Assembly (NCBI RefSeq): GCF_000619845.1
Contig: NZ_JHUX01000003.1
Coordinates: forward strand, 460,064-492,063
Origin: Alkanindiges illinoisensis DSM 15370
GTDB lineage: Bacteria > Pseudomonadota > Gammaproteobacteria > Pseudomonadales > Moraxellaceae
Length of the DNA: 32,000 bases
Reading direction: 5' to 3'
Below are positions 1-8,399 of the stretch, piece by piece (position 1 is the stretch's first letter; every line of letters begins with the position of its first letter). The notes beneath the pieces are model-generated. The model was not told the DNA's origin and searched no databases. It worked only from the letters and a program-made list of their open reading frames with translations. The position numbers and the translations under genes were made by a program.

Positions 1-1683
1 GTGCAGCAAAAAATCAGTCAGCACAAGCCTTTGCTTTGTCTGAAATTAAGACCGTTAAACCTGAACATGATGGTGCCACTGGATTACGCTAGCCAGCTGG
101 GCAGGCACCGGATTGCAGCTGAACCCTGGCTATGGCAGGACAATCAATGGCGTCAGTTGAGCCCTGTACTGGTGGCCAACCTGTTGCTGGAAGATATTGT
201 ACAAAGTAGCAGGCGACCAATTGATGCAGCTAGTGTGCTGGAGCGCTGGGTGCAAAGCCGGGATGCCGTGCAATACTTTTTGCAGCAGCGTGCACAGACA
301 CTGGATGAATTGGTAGCGCCAAAACAGAGTTTTATATTTAGTGAACAAGCCTTGCTGGCTGGCCATGCCATGCATCCAACGCCCAAAAGTCGGCAAGGCT
401 TTATGCATGAAGAATTTGTGCAGTATTCGCCCGAAACCCAAGGGCAATGCCAGCTACATTTCTGGCTGGTGGCACCGGATTATATCGCGGAAAGCAGCGC
501 AGATAATACCTTGCCAACAGCCACCCTCAGGCAACTTTTAAAGCCTGTTGCCACTACACGCCAACAGGCTTTAATGCAGCAATATCCACAATGGAAATTA
601 TTGCCGTTGCATCCGTGGCAGGCGCGTTATTTAAGCGGCAAAGACTGGTGGCAACACCTGCTTGATGCAGGCCAACTGGTTGATCTGGGGCGCATGGGTT
701 GGCAACTGTCACCCACTACGTCTATTCGCACACTGGCGGCTATCAATGCGCCGTGGATGTTCAAGCCGTCCTTGTCGGTTGCCATCACCAATTCGATTCG
801 GGTCAATCAGGCGCATGAGTGCCTGCGCGGTGAAACCGGTTGCCGCTTGTGGCGTAGTGAGTTTGGTGCACAGTTGCAGCAGGATTATCCAACGCTGGCA
901 GCCATTAATGATCCAGCATGGATTGCCTTGCACTGGCAGGGCAAGGTGGTCAATGAGACTATTTGTATTTTGCGTGACAATCCTTTTGATGAGCATGTGC
1001 AGGTGAGCTGTATGGCCAGCCTGTGTCAGGATCATCCCATCAAACCGGAAAACCGCTTGCAGCAGATTATTGCTACCTTGGCTATGCAGGAAAATCGCCC
1101 GCCCGAAGAGATTGCCACAGACTGGTTTGCACGTTTTCTGCAAGTAGCCGTAGAACCCATGCTGGGTATTTACATGCGCTTTGGCATGGCATTTGAGGCG
1201 CACCAGCAAAACACCCTGCTTGAGCTAAACCAGTTATGGCCGTCCAAATTCTGGCTACGTGATAATCAGGGCTTTTACTATATTGAAGAATATGCCCAGC
1301 AGATTATTGAGCTGTTTCCAGTTTTAGCCACCGATGCCCAGTCCGTGGGGCCAAAGTCCTTTGTGGATGAACGGGTGATTTATTACCTGTTTGGCAATAC
1401 GATTTTTGGCCTGATCAATGCGCTGGGGGCAACGGGTTTTATTGATGAAACTACCTTGTTGCAACGCTTGCAATACACCTTGCAGGCTTTGCTAATGCAG
1501 TATCCCGAAAGTACTTTACTGCACTGGCTGCTGACTGCTGACACCTTGCCATATAAGGGCAATTTGCTCACCCGTTTGCATGAGCTGGATGAACTGCTGG
1601 CACCACTGGAATTCCAGTCGGTCTATGTAAACATCAACAATCCGCTCAAGGTCGGCTCACAGCAGGAGCAGATTTATGCTTGA
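1..1683 (+). CDS. IucA/IucC-family NRPS-independent siderophore (NIS) synthetase; the N-terminus probably lies upstream of the window
   Basis: The frame is open from base 1, and the GTG at 1 may be coincidental. Family hallmarks in the translation are LLPLHPWQ, TTSIRTL, FEAHQQNTLLEL and a FhuF-like C-terminal part. The stop overlaps the next start (ATGCTTGA). Confidence 0.85.
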   Translation: MQQKISQHKPLLCLKLRPLNLNMMVPLDYASQLGRHRIAAEPWLWQDNQWRQLSPVLVANLLLEDIVQSSRRPIDAASVLERWVQSRDAVQYFLQQRAQTLDELVAPKQSFIFSEQALLAGHAMHPTPKSRQGFMHEEFVQYSPETQGQCQLHFWLVAPDYIAESSADNTLPTATLRQLLKPVATTRQQALMQQYPQWKLLPLHPWQARYLSGKDWWQHLLDAGQLVDLGRMGWQLSPTTSIRTLAAINAPWMFKPSLSVAITNSIRVNQAHECLRGETGCRLWRSEFGAQLQQDYPTLAAINDPAWIALHWQGKVVNETICILRDNPFDEHVQVSCMASLCQDHPIKPENRLQQIIATLAMQENRPPEEIATDWFARFLQVAVEPMLGIYMRFGMAFEAHQQNTLLELNQLWPSKFWLRDNQGFYYIEEYAQQIIELFPVLATDAQSVGPKSFVDERVIYYLFGNTIFGLINALGATGFIDETTLLQRLQYTLQALLMQYPESTLLHWLLTADTLPYKGNLLTRLHELDELLAPLEFQSVYVNINNPLKVGSQQEQIYA

Positions 1684-2980
1684 TATGATTGGTATTGGCC
1701 TTGGGCCATTTAACCTGAGTCTGGCAGCGCTGCTGCATCCGCATCATACGCAACTGGATTATTGCTTTTTTGAGCAAAAAGCCGCGTTTTCATGGCATGA
1801 CGGCATGTTACTGCCAGGCACCACACTTCAGGTTCCGTTTATGGCCGATCTGGTGAGCATGGTTGACCCCACCAGTCCGTTTAGTTTTTTAAATTATCTG
1901 AAGCAGCATGGCCGGCTGTTCAAATTTTATTTTCTGGAAAAACTGCACATCCCCCGGCAGGAATACAACCATTATTGCCAATGGGTGAGCCAGCAATTAA
2001 GCCGTATTCAGTATCAAAGTCAGGTCACCGCAGTTTATCCAGTAAAGGATGGGTTTGCAGTAGACGTGCAGCAAGCTGGCCAATGCCAGACTTATCACAC
2101 ACGTGCGCTGGTGCTAGGAACGGGTACTGTACCCGGCCTGCCGGAATGCCTAAGAGCCTTTAGCCGCGATTATCCACAATATTGCTTTCATTCAGCCGAC
2201 TTTATGCAAAAGGGTGAGCAGATTCAGTCGGGGCGCGTGGTGGTACTGGGTGCTGGTCAATCAGCAGCAGAGGTATTTCAGTCGCTGTTTGCGCGACAAC
2301 TCAATGCACAGGGGCAGGCGCAGTACCAGATTGACTGGCTCACCCGCGCCAGTGGGTTTTTCCCCATGGAATATTCGGCGCTGGGACTGGAACATTTTAC
2401 CCCGGATTACACCCGTTATTTTTACCAGTTGCCACAAGCCTTAAAAGACCAGCTTGTGCCTAATCAGGGCCTGTTTTACAAGGGCATTAGCTTTGGCACC
2501 ATTGCCGCAATTTATGAACAACTGTATCACCGCACCATTGCTGGCCAGTCACAACAGGTCACGCTGGCCGGCTTGAGTGAACTGGTGCAGGCATCACGGC
2601 AGGACAACCGATTTGTGCTGACTTTTAAGCAACAGCAGCAACAGCAATACTTTGAAGTTATTGCAGATTACGTGATTAGTGCCACCGGTTATCAGCATCG
2701 TCTACCAGCGTTTATGCAGGGTCTGGATGAGGTGCTGCAACGCGATAAACAGGGGCGCTTGCGGATTAGTGCCAATTATGAAGTGGCGCATCAGGCCCAA
2801 GGCCGGATTTTTGTGCAAAATGCCGAGCTGCATACGCATGGAATTGGCACACCGGATCTGGGTCTGGGCGCATGGCGCGCAGCCACGATTATTAATCAGT
2901 TACTGGAACAACCTGCGTATGAATTGGTGAGCGATAACACCTTCCAGCAATTTGGAGCAGCCTATGCGCCTGCTGGGTAG
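1676..2980 (+). CDS. Flavin-dependent amine N-hydroxylase (IucD/RhbE/PvdA-type lysine/ornithine/diamine N-monooxygenase)
   Basis: AGGAG lies 7 nt upstream of the ATG. Motifs are GIGLGPFN (FAD GxGxxN), VLGAGQSAAE (NADPH GxGxxG) and ISATGY. The gene is translationally coupled to the upstream synthetase. Confidence 0.85.
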   Translation: MLDMIGIGLGPFNLSLAALLHPHHTQLDYCFFEQKAAFSWHDGMLLPGTTLQVPFMADLVSMVDPTSPFSFLNYLKQHGRLFKFYFLEKLHIPRQEYNHYCQWVSQQLSRIQYQSQVTAVYPVKDGFAVDVQQAGQCQTYHTRALVLGTGTVPGLPECLRAFSRDYPQYCFHSADFMQKGEQIQSGRVVVLGAGQSAAEVFQSLFARQLNAQGQAQYQIDWLTRASGFFPMEYSALGLEHFTPDYTRYFYQLPQALKDQLVPNQGLFYKGISFGTIAAIYEQLYHRTIAGQSQQVTLAGLSELVQASRQDNRFVLTFKQQQQQQYFEVIADYVISATGYQHRLPAFMQGLDEVLQRDKQGRLRISANYEVAHQAQGRIFVQNAELHTHGIGTPDLGLGAWRAATIINQLLEQPAYELVSDNTFQQFGAAYAPAG

Positions 2981-4175
2981 CAAATCCTTACTGTTGTGTT
3001 GTGGCTTTCTGTTTGTATTTACCGAAACCGTATTATCGCCGTTTTACCCGCAGTTTTTTCAGCAGGTGTTTGGCCGTACGGATCTGGCCCTAACCGGTAA
3101 TTATGTGGCAACCTGCCGTCTGACGGTACTGCTGGCAGCACCCTTATGGGGTTTGCTGGCGCGCCGGATTGATGCCATTAAACTGCTCATTATTGGCCAA
3201 AGCATGGCTGCAATCCTGACCGCCTGTTTGTCGCTGGCCACAAATCTGACGGTATTTTTTACTTTAACCATTGCCTTGCTGCTGTTTAAAAGCAGTTATT
3301 TTCTGTTTTATAGCGCACTGATTGCATTGCAGGGCAAGGCACAGCAAGCCCAAACAGTGGGTCAGGTACAACTGGTGGTGCATCTGGCACTGATTGCATC
3401 AACGCTGGCCAGTGCCTGGGTGCTGTCGTTTGAGCATCCGCTGCAACTGTTTTTGCTGGTGGCAGTGCTGGATGTGGTTCAGGTGATGCTTTGTGTGATG
3501 GTACTGCGCCAGCGCAAAACACTAAAGCCTGTACAGCTACAGGCCACCGAGCCTGTATTAGAAAAGCCGCAGGGTTGGCCATTCACTACCATTATGGGGT
3601 ATGGCCTTTTGGTGCTGGCTTTTAGCATGGCCACCAATGCAGTGCGGCCTTATTTAACCGCCTATAGCATGAATGTAATGCAACTGGATCGTTTGCAATC
3701 GGCATGGCTATACCTGCTGCCTTCCCTGATGGCTTTATGTGCCTATCCCTTACTAAAAAGCAAATGGCTGCATCAGCACAGTTTTGAGCAGCGCTATGCC
3801 GTATTGCTGGGTTTGCTGGTGATGAGTCTGCTTGGGCAGGCGCTGGCCAGTCATATCAGTCTGCTGTTTTTGGCGCGCATGCTGTTTGGTTTAAGCCTGC
3901 TACTGGCACAGACACAACTAGAGCTGTATTTGTTCCAGAACGCAGCGCATAGCCCGCACTGGTACTTCAGCCTTGCCAGCACCACCCAGCATGCCGGGCA
4001 GTTACTGGCACCGCTGGCGGCTGCACTGGTGGTTGGCATTTATGGGTTGGCCGCACCATTCTGGCTGGCTGCTTTCATTCTTTTACTTTCCTTTATTTTT
4101 ATTGCAGTCGGCTTAAATGACCGGCCTGTATCCAGACGGAGTATTGCTCATGACCGTGGCATCATTACAAATTAA
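2964..4175 (+). CDS. MFS transporter embedded in the siderophore biosynthesis genes (candidate siderophore exporter)
   Basis: About 12 hydrophobic helices run throughout. I prefer ATG 2964 (GGAG 6 nt upstream) over the track's TTG 2952. It overlaps both neighbouring genes. The exporter role is inferred from context only. Confidence 0.7.
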   Translation: MRLLGSKSLLLCCGFLFVFTETVLSPFYPQFFQQVFGRTDLALTGNYVATCRLTVLLAAPLWGLLARRIDAIKLLIIGQSMAAILTACLSLATNLTVFFTLTIALLLFKSSYFLFYSALIALQGKAQQAQTVGQVQLVVHLALIASTLASAWVLSFEHPLQLFLLVAVLDVVQVMLCVMVLRQRKTLKPVQLQATEPVLEKPQGWPFTTIMGYGLLVLAFSMATNAVRPYLTAYSMNVMQLDRLQSAWLYLLPSLMALCAYPLLKSKWLHQHSFEQRYAVLLGLLVMSLLGQALASHISLLFLARMLFGLSLLLAQTQLELYLFQNAAHSPHWYFSLASTTQHAGQLLAPLAAALVVGIYGLAAPFWLAAFILLLSFIFIAVGLNDRPVSRRSIAHDRGIITN

Positions 4176-6054
4176 CCAGCAGCAATGGCAACAAGCAGGT
4201 ACACGCCTGATTGAAATGGCCATTGCCGAGTTTTTATATGAAGAAATCATTGAGGCGCAAAAGCTTGAGGCCCACAATATTGAAATACAGCAGATTGAAA
4301 CACAGCAGACTAAAGCACAAGAAATAGCTAGCGTTGCTGGTACTGCAACCAAACTAGCAGTCTGGCAAGTCAATCTGGGCGAGCAGTATTATCAGTTTCA
4401 GGGTTTTCAATATCAGCTGGGTCACTGGTATATCCAGCCCGGCTCGGTGCGCCAGTATGCAGTGCCTGTTGCAACTTTGTCTGAACCATTGGTACAGGCT
4501 GAGCCTGCCTGGAACCTGCACCAGTTTATCACCAGTGTGGCCAGACAAGCTGAGGTCAAGCCCTTTACCATGACCTATCTGGTTAAGGAAATGAACAATA
4601 CCTGGGTGGCAGAAGCGCATTTGTTTGATCAGCAGCGCCCGGACAGCAGAGCCATTACCAATCTGTCGGCTGCCGAAGTGGAAGGGGTATTACGCGGCCA
4701 TCCGTGGCTGATCATGAGCAAGGGCCGCATGGGTTTTGGCTACCACGATTACCTGAATTTTGCGCCGGAAATGCAGCCCAAGCTACAGCTACTATGGGTA
4801 GCAGTGCATCAGCAACTGGCGGATTATCACCATATTGACGGACTGGATTTGCAAACCCTGTATGCACAGGAGCTGGATTCGCAGCAATTAACCGAATTTT
4901 TGCAGCACATTCGCGATGCTGGTCAGCAGCCGGATGACTATATCTTGCTACTGGTGCATCCGTGGCAGTGGCATCACTGGCTGATGAGTACCTATGCTGG
5001 TGAAATTGCCAGCCAGCACATTATTGCACTGGGCCTGTCACAGGACTGGTACATGCCCATGCAGTCCATTCGTACCTTTAGCAACATTAGCCACCCTGAG
5101 CGGCGCTATGTCAAATTGCCATTAAGCATTTTTAACACAGCGGTTTACCGCGGCCTGCCATCTGACCGTAACAAGGCAGCGCCAGCGTTTACCCAATGGC
5201 TCAAGACCACCTTTGCCAATGATGCCGTGTGGCAGCAAACCGGACTGGTGCTGCTGGGCGAAGATGCCACAGTGACGGTTGACCAGCCCTGTTTTGACCA
5301 GATTGATGGCGCGCCCTACCAGTTTAAGGAGCTGTTTGGCTGTCTATGGCGTGAAAGTGTGCAGGGCTATTTACAGGATAGCGAGCAGGTTCTCAGTCAG
5401 GCAGCGCTTGTGCATCGTGATCTGGACGGCCATTCGGTATTGACGGCATTAGTAGAGCGCTCTGGCCTGCAACCGTTAACCTGGCTTAGGCAGTTTGTGC
5501 AAGTGTGTATGACGCCATTGCTGTATGGCTTGTATCGTTATGGACTGGTGTTTTCACCGCATGGCGAAAACAGTTTGCTCATCCATGAAAATGGCTTACC
5601 CAAGCGCATGGTAATCAAGGACTTTATTGATGACGTGAACCTGATTGATGAAGCCTTTCCTGAGCTGGCCAGCCTGCCGCCAGAAGCTAAGGTTTTGCTA
5701 CGTCATACAGCACAGGACCTGACGCACTTTATTTTTACCGGCCTGTTTATTGTGCATTATCGCTATATCAGCAGCATCTTTTTGCAGGACTTTAACCACA
5801 CTGAGGCGGAGTTCTGGCAACAAGTGGCTGATGTAGCGCATGAATTTCACCAGCAGCATCCCGAGTTGAACGAGCGCATTCAGAAATTTGACCTGTTCCG
5901 CCCCCAGTTTGAAAAAATCTGCCTAAACCGGGTTCGCCTGTTTAGTCATGGCTATGCCGATGATGCCGAACGGCCTTATCCCACCATTTTGCATGCGATG
6001 CCCAATCCGATCCACGCCGATGTACTGGCCCAGTGGCACCAAGCCAGCGCTTAA
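4150..6054 (+). CDS. Second IucA/IucC-family NIS synthetase (IucC/RhbF-like)
   Basis: Motifs are LLLVHPWQW, MQSIRTF and SPHGENSLLIHE, plus a C-terminal FhuF-like region. ATG 4150 has GGAG 8 nt upstream, whereas the track's ATG 4117 has no SD. The N-terminus carries a Q/E-rich insertion containing a 15-bp tandem repeat. Confidence 0.85.
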   Translation: MTVASLQINQQQWQQAGTRLIEMAIAEFLYEEIIEAQKLEAHNIEIQQIETQQTKAQEIASVAGTATKLAVWQVNLGEQYYQFQGFQYQLGHWYIQPGSVRQYAVPVATLSEPLVQAEPAWNLHQFITSVARQAEVKPFTMTYLVKEMNNTWVAEAHLFDQQRPDSRAITNLSAAEVEGVLRGHPWLIMSKGRMGFGYHDYLNFAPEMQPKLQLLWVAVHQQLADYHHIDGLDLQTLYAQELDSQQLTEFLQHIRDAGQQPDDYILLLVHPWQWHHWLMSTYAGEIASQHIIALGLSQDWYMPMQSIRTFSNISHPERRYVKLPLSIFNTAVYRGLPSDRNKAAPAFTQWLKTTFANDAVWQQTGLVLLGEDATVTVDQPCFDQIDGAPYQFKELFGCLWRESVQGYLQDSEQVLSQAALVHRDLDGHSVLTALVERSGLQPLTWLRQFVQVCMTPLLYGLYRYGLVFSPHGENSLLIHENGLPKRMVIKDFIDDVNLIDEAFPELASLPPEAKVLLRHTAQDLTHFIFTGLFIVHYRYISSIFLQDFNHTEAEFWQQVADVAHEFHQQHPELNERIQKFDLFRPQFEKICLNRVRLFSHGYADDAERPYPTILHAMPNPIHADVLAQWHQASA

Positions 6055-6091
6055 GCCATTCAACTTAAACTAAACAATAAAGGAATCCATC

Positions 6092-6709
6092 ATGACCACC
6101 GTTTCACGGCAATTACCCGATTATTATGAATACGAAGAAGAAGGAACCACCTATTACCTCAAGCAGGTACGCTATCCCGAACACATGCCATTACTGCACC
6201 GCTGGATGCATGAGCCGCATGTGATTCCGCAGTGGCAACTGAACCTGCCGTTGGTTGCCTTGAGTGTTTATTATGAAAAAATGCTGGCAGATGACCATCA
6301 CCGCTTGTATCTGGTGGGCATCAATGGACAGGACGTGGGCTATACAGAAATCTATGAGGGGAAACGTGACCGTCTGGGACGTTATTACAATGGCGATCCT
6401 GACGATCTGGGCTGGCATTTGCTGTTTGGTGAAACCTCGGCCTTTGGCAAGGGGCATTTGCGGCCAGTCATTCGCATGCTGAGCTACTTTATTTTTGAAA
6501 ATTCCAATGCCAAAAAAATTGTAGGTGAGCCGGATCACACGGTAAAACCCTATGCGGCTGTAGTAGCAGAGCTGTGCTATGAATTGCAGCGGCTTATTCC
6601 CATGCCGGAAAAAACGGCGGCGTTATATTATTGCGATCGCGATACCTTTTTGGCCAAATTTCCTAAAAATTCCTTAAATACCAGCTATAAAGCACAGGTT
6701 AATGTCTAG
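6092..6709 (+). CDS. Siderophore N-acyltransferase (GNAT, IucB/RhbD-like)
   Basis: AAGGA RBS. The motifs LHRWMHEPHVIPQW and GWHLLFGE are typical of the IucB/RhbD acyl-CoA:N-hydroxyamine acyltransferase family. At 205 aa it is closer in size to RhbD than to IucB (from memory). Confidence 0.75.
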   Translation: MTTVSRQLPDYYEYEEEGTTYYLKQVRYPEHMPLLHRWMHEPHVIPQWQLNLPLVALSVYYEKMLADDHHRLYLVGINGQDVGYTEIYEGKRDRLGRYYNGDPDDLGWHLLFGETSAFGKGHLRPVIRMLSYFIFENSNAKKIVGEPDHTVKPYAAVVAELCYELQRLIPMPEKTAALYYCDRDTFLAKFPKNSLNTSYKAQVNV

Positions 6710-6747
6710 GCATGACTTGACTAATTTTTTAGGCTGCTTAAAATAGT

Positions 6748-6766
6748 GATAATTATTATCATTATT
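6748..6766. promoter_or_regulatory. Fur box upstream of the uptake sub-operon
   Basis: GATAATTATTATCATTATT matches the 19-bp consensus GATAATGATAATCATTATC at 16/19 positions. It sits in the AT-rich 75-bp gap and ends 18 nt before ATG 6785. Confidence 0.6.
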
Positions 6767-6784
6767 ACTATAAGTTATTAAATT

Positions 6785-7153
6785 ATGCCAATAGAAGTAA
6801 ACGGCTGGCCCATTGTAAAAATGTGTTTTTGGGGGAATATCACCCAGATACAGTTTGAGCAATGGCTGGCCACCTTAACAAACTATCTTGAACGCAATCA
6901 GCCTTTTGCAGTTATAAGCTGGACGGAAGAACCTTTATCACTGCCGGAAGGTTATCGCCAGCTTGAAGCCATCTGGTACAAACAGTACAAGCAGCAGTTT
7001 GCCCAGTGCTGCAAAGGTCTGGCGCGGATTGCCAGCGATGATGCCGAGTTTGCCAGACTCAACACACCAGCCATGCACAAAGCCTGGAGTTGCCCTTATT
7101 TTGTGTACCGTGATCTGGCTACAGCACAGCATTGGGCCGGAGAACAGTTATGA
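6785..7153 (+). CDS. Hypothetical 122-aa protein, first gene of the Fur-box-preceded uptake sub-operon
   Basis: The ORF has an ATGA stop/start overlap with the permease gene. I am not certain of any family. The pattern G-x-IT-x-x-x-F-x-x-W ... A-x-x-W at the C-terminus resembles SpoIIAA-like/STAS (DUF3478-type) proteins. It has four Cys (14, 75, 76, 103) and no convincing SD. Confidence 0.5.
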   Translation: MPIEVNGWPIVKMCFWGNITQIQFEQWLATLTNYLERNQPFAVISWTEEPLSLPEGYRQLEAIWYKQYKQQFAQCCKGLARIASDDAEFARLNTPAMHKAWSCPYFVYRDLATAQHWAGEQL

Positions 7154-8388
7154 ATCAGTTCACAGCTATGAATCAGTTCAATGCGCGGCAGGTTAGCCTG
7201 CTGGTCATCATGCTGTACCTGGCACATGCGCTACCGCTGTATTTTTTTAATGTGGCGATGCCTGCCATTTTGCGCCAGCAGGGGATGGACTTGCGCTGGA
7301 TTGGCATGCTGTCCTTGCTGTATTTACCATGGGCCTTCAAGTTTTTCTGGGCGCCGCTGGTAGATCGTTATTTTATTCCAAGACTGGGACGGCGACGCAG
7401 TTGGCTTGTATTGACCCAGCTGGCTGTCATTGCAGGTCTGCTGGCTTTGGCTGTCATGCGCATTGATTATGGCTTGTGGCCATTTGTACTAACTGCCCTA
7501 TGGATTTCAACCATGGCAGCCACGCAGGATATTGCCATTGATGGCTATGCGGTTGATGTTTATCCGGCCACACACTATAGCCTGGCCAGTACCATGCAAA
7601 GCATTGGCATTGCGCTGGGCAGTATGCTCGGGGGTGCTGGAACCCTGTGGCTATATGAAAATTATAACTGGCAGATGGCTTTGCTCAGCCTAACAGGGCT
7701 GATTGCCATGACCACGTTGTCGGTGTGTTTTTTAAAAGAATCCAGCGATACCCGATTTCTGGAAAAATACAAGCCCAGCCTGCGCCGGGTGTTTTCACGG
7801 CCTGAAATTCGTCGCCTGCTGCTGGTAATTGTGGTGTATCGACTGGTGGAATCACCAGCCATGGCCATGCTCAATCCCATGCTGGTGGATGCCAAATGGT
7901 CACTCACCCAGATTGGGTTATTGTTTTCAGTGGCGGGTGCGGCAGTGGGTTTGCTGGCTGCGGTGGCTGCTGGCTGGCTGGTCAAACGGCAGGGCAGTAT
8001 GCGCTGGTTACTGGGTGCTGGCTGGCTGCGTAGCGTCATTTATATGGTGGTGGCAATTGCATTGCTGTCTGGCACGATTGGCTTTTGGGGCTATGCCGCA
8101 GCGGTTGTCAGTATTCTGGCCGTGCGCTATCTGGCCATGACCGCGCTGTATACCTATTTTATGGAGCATTGCTCCAGGCAGCAGGCGGGTACTGATTTTA
8201 CCGTGCTGGTGTGTTTTGAATTACTGGTGTTTTTCCTTGGTGCTGCATTATCCGGTTTTATAGCCAAGGCGTTGGGGTACGGTAACCTGTTTGCCGTGTT
8301 GTCTGTTGTTTCCATTATTAGCGTCATCCTTAGCCACATGCTTATGCGTCCAGCCACGGTATCGACGACTTATCAAACGAAAACTTAA
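7150..8388 (+). CDS. RhtX/FptX/AmpG-like MFS permease (inner-membrane ferric-siderophore importer)
   Basis: LYLPWAFKFFWAPLVDRY is the characteristic AmpG/RhtX-family motif, and the protein is polytopic. The start is ambiguous between ATG 7150 and ATG 7168, because a 13-nt start context is duplicated at an 18-bp in-frame offset. Confidence 0.8.
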   Translation: MNQFTAMNQFNARQVSLLVIMLYLAHALPLYFFNVAMPAILRQQGMDLRWIGMLSLLYLPWAFKFFWAPLVDRYFIPRLGRRRSWLVLTQLAVIAGLLALAVMRIDYGLWPFVLTALWISTMAATQDIAIDGYAVDVYPATHYSLASTMQSIGIALGSMLGGAGTLWLYENYNWQMALLSLTGLIAMTTLSVCFLKESSDTRFLEKYKPSLRRVFSRPEIRRLLLVIVVYRLVESPAMAMLNPMLVDAKWSLTQIGLLFSVAGAAVGLLAAVAAGWLVKRQGSMRWLLGAGWLRSVIYMVVAIALLSGTIGFWGYAAAVVSILAVRYLAMTALYTYFMEHCSRQQAGTDFTVLVCFELLVFFLGAALSGFIAKALGYGNLFAVLSVVSIISVILSHMLMRPATVSTTYQTKT

Positions 8389-8399
8389 GGAGTTTTGGG

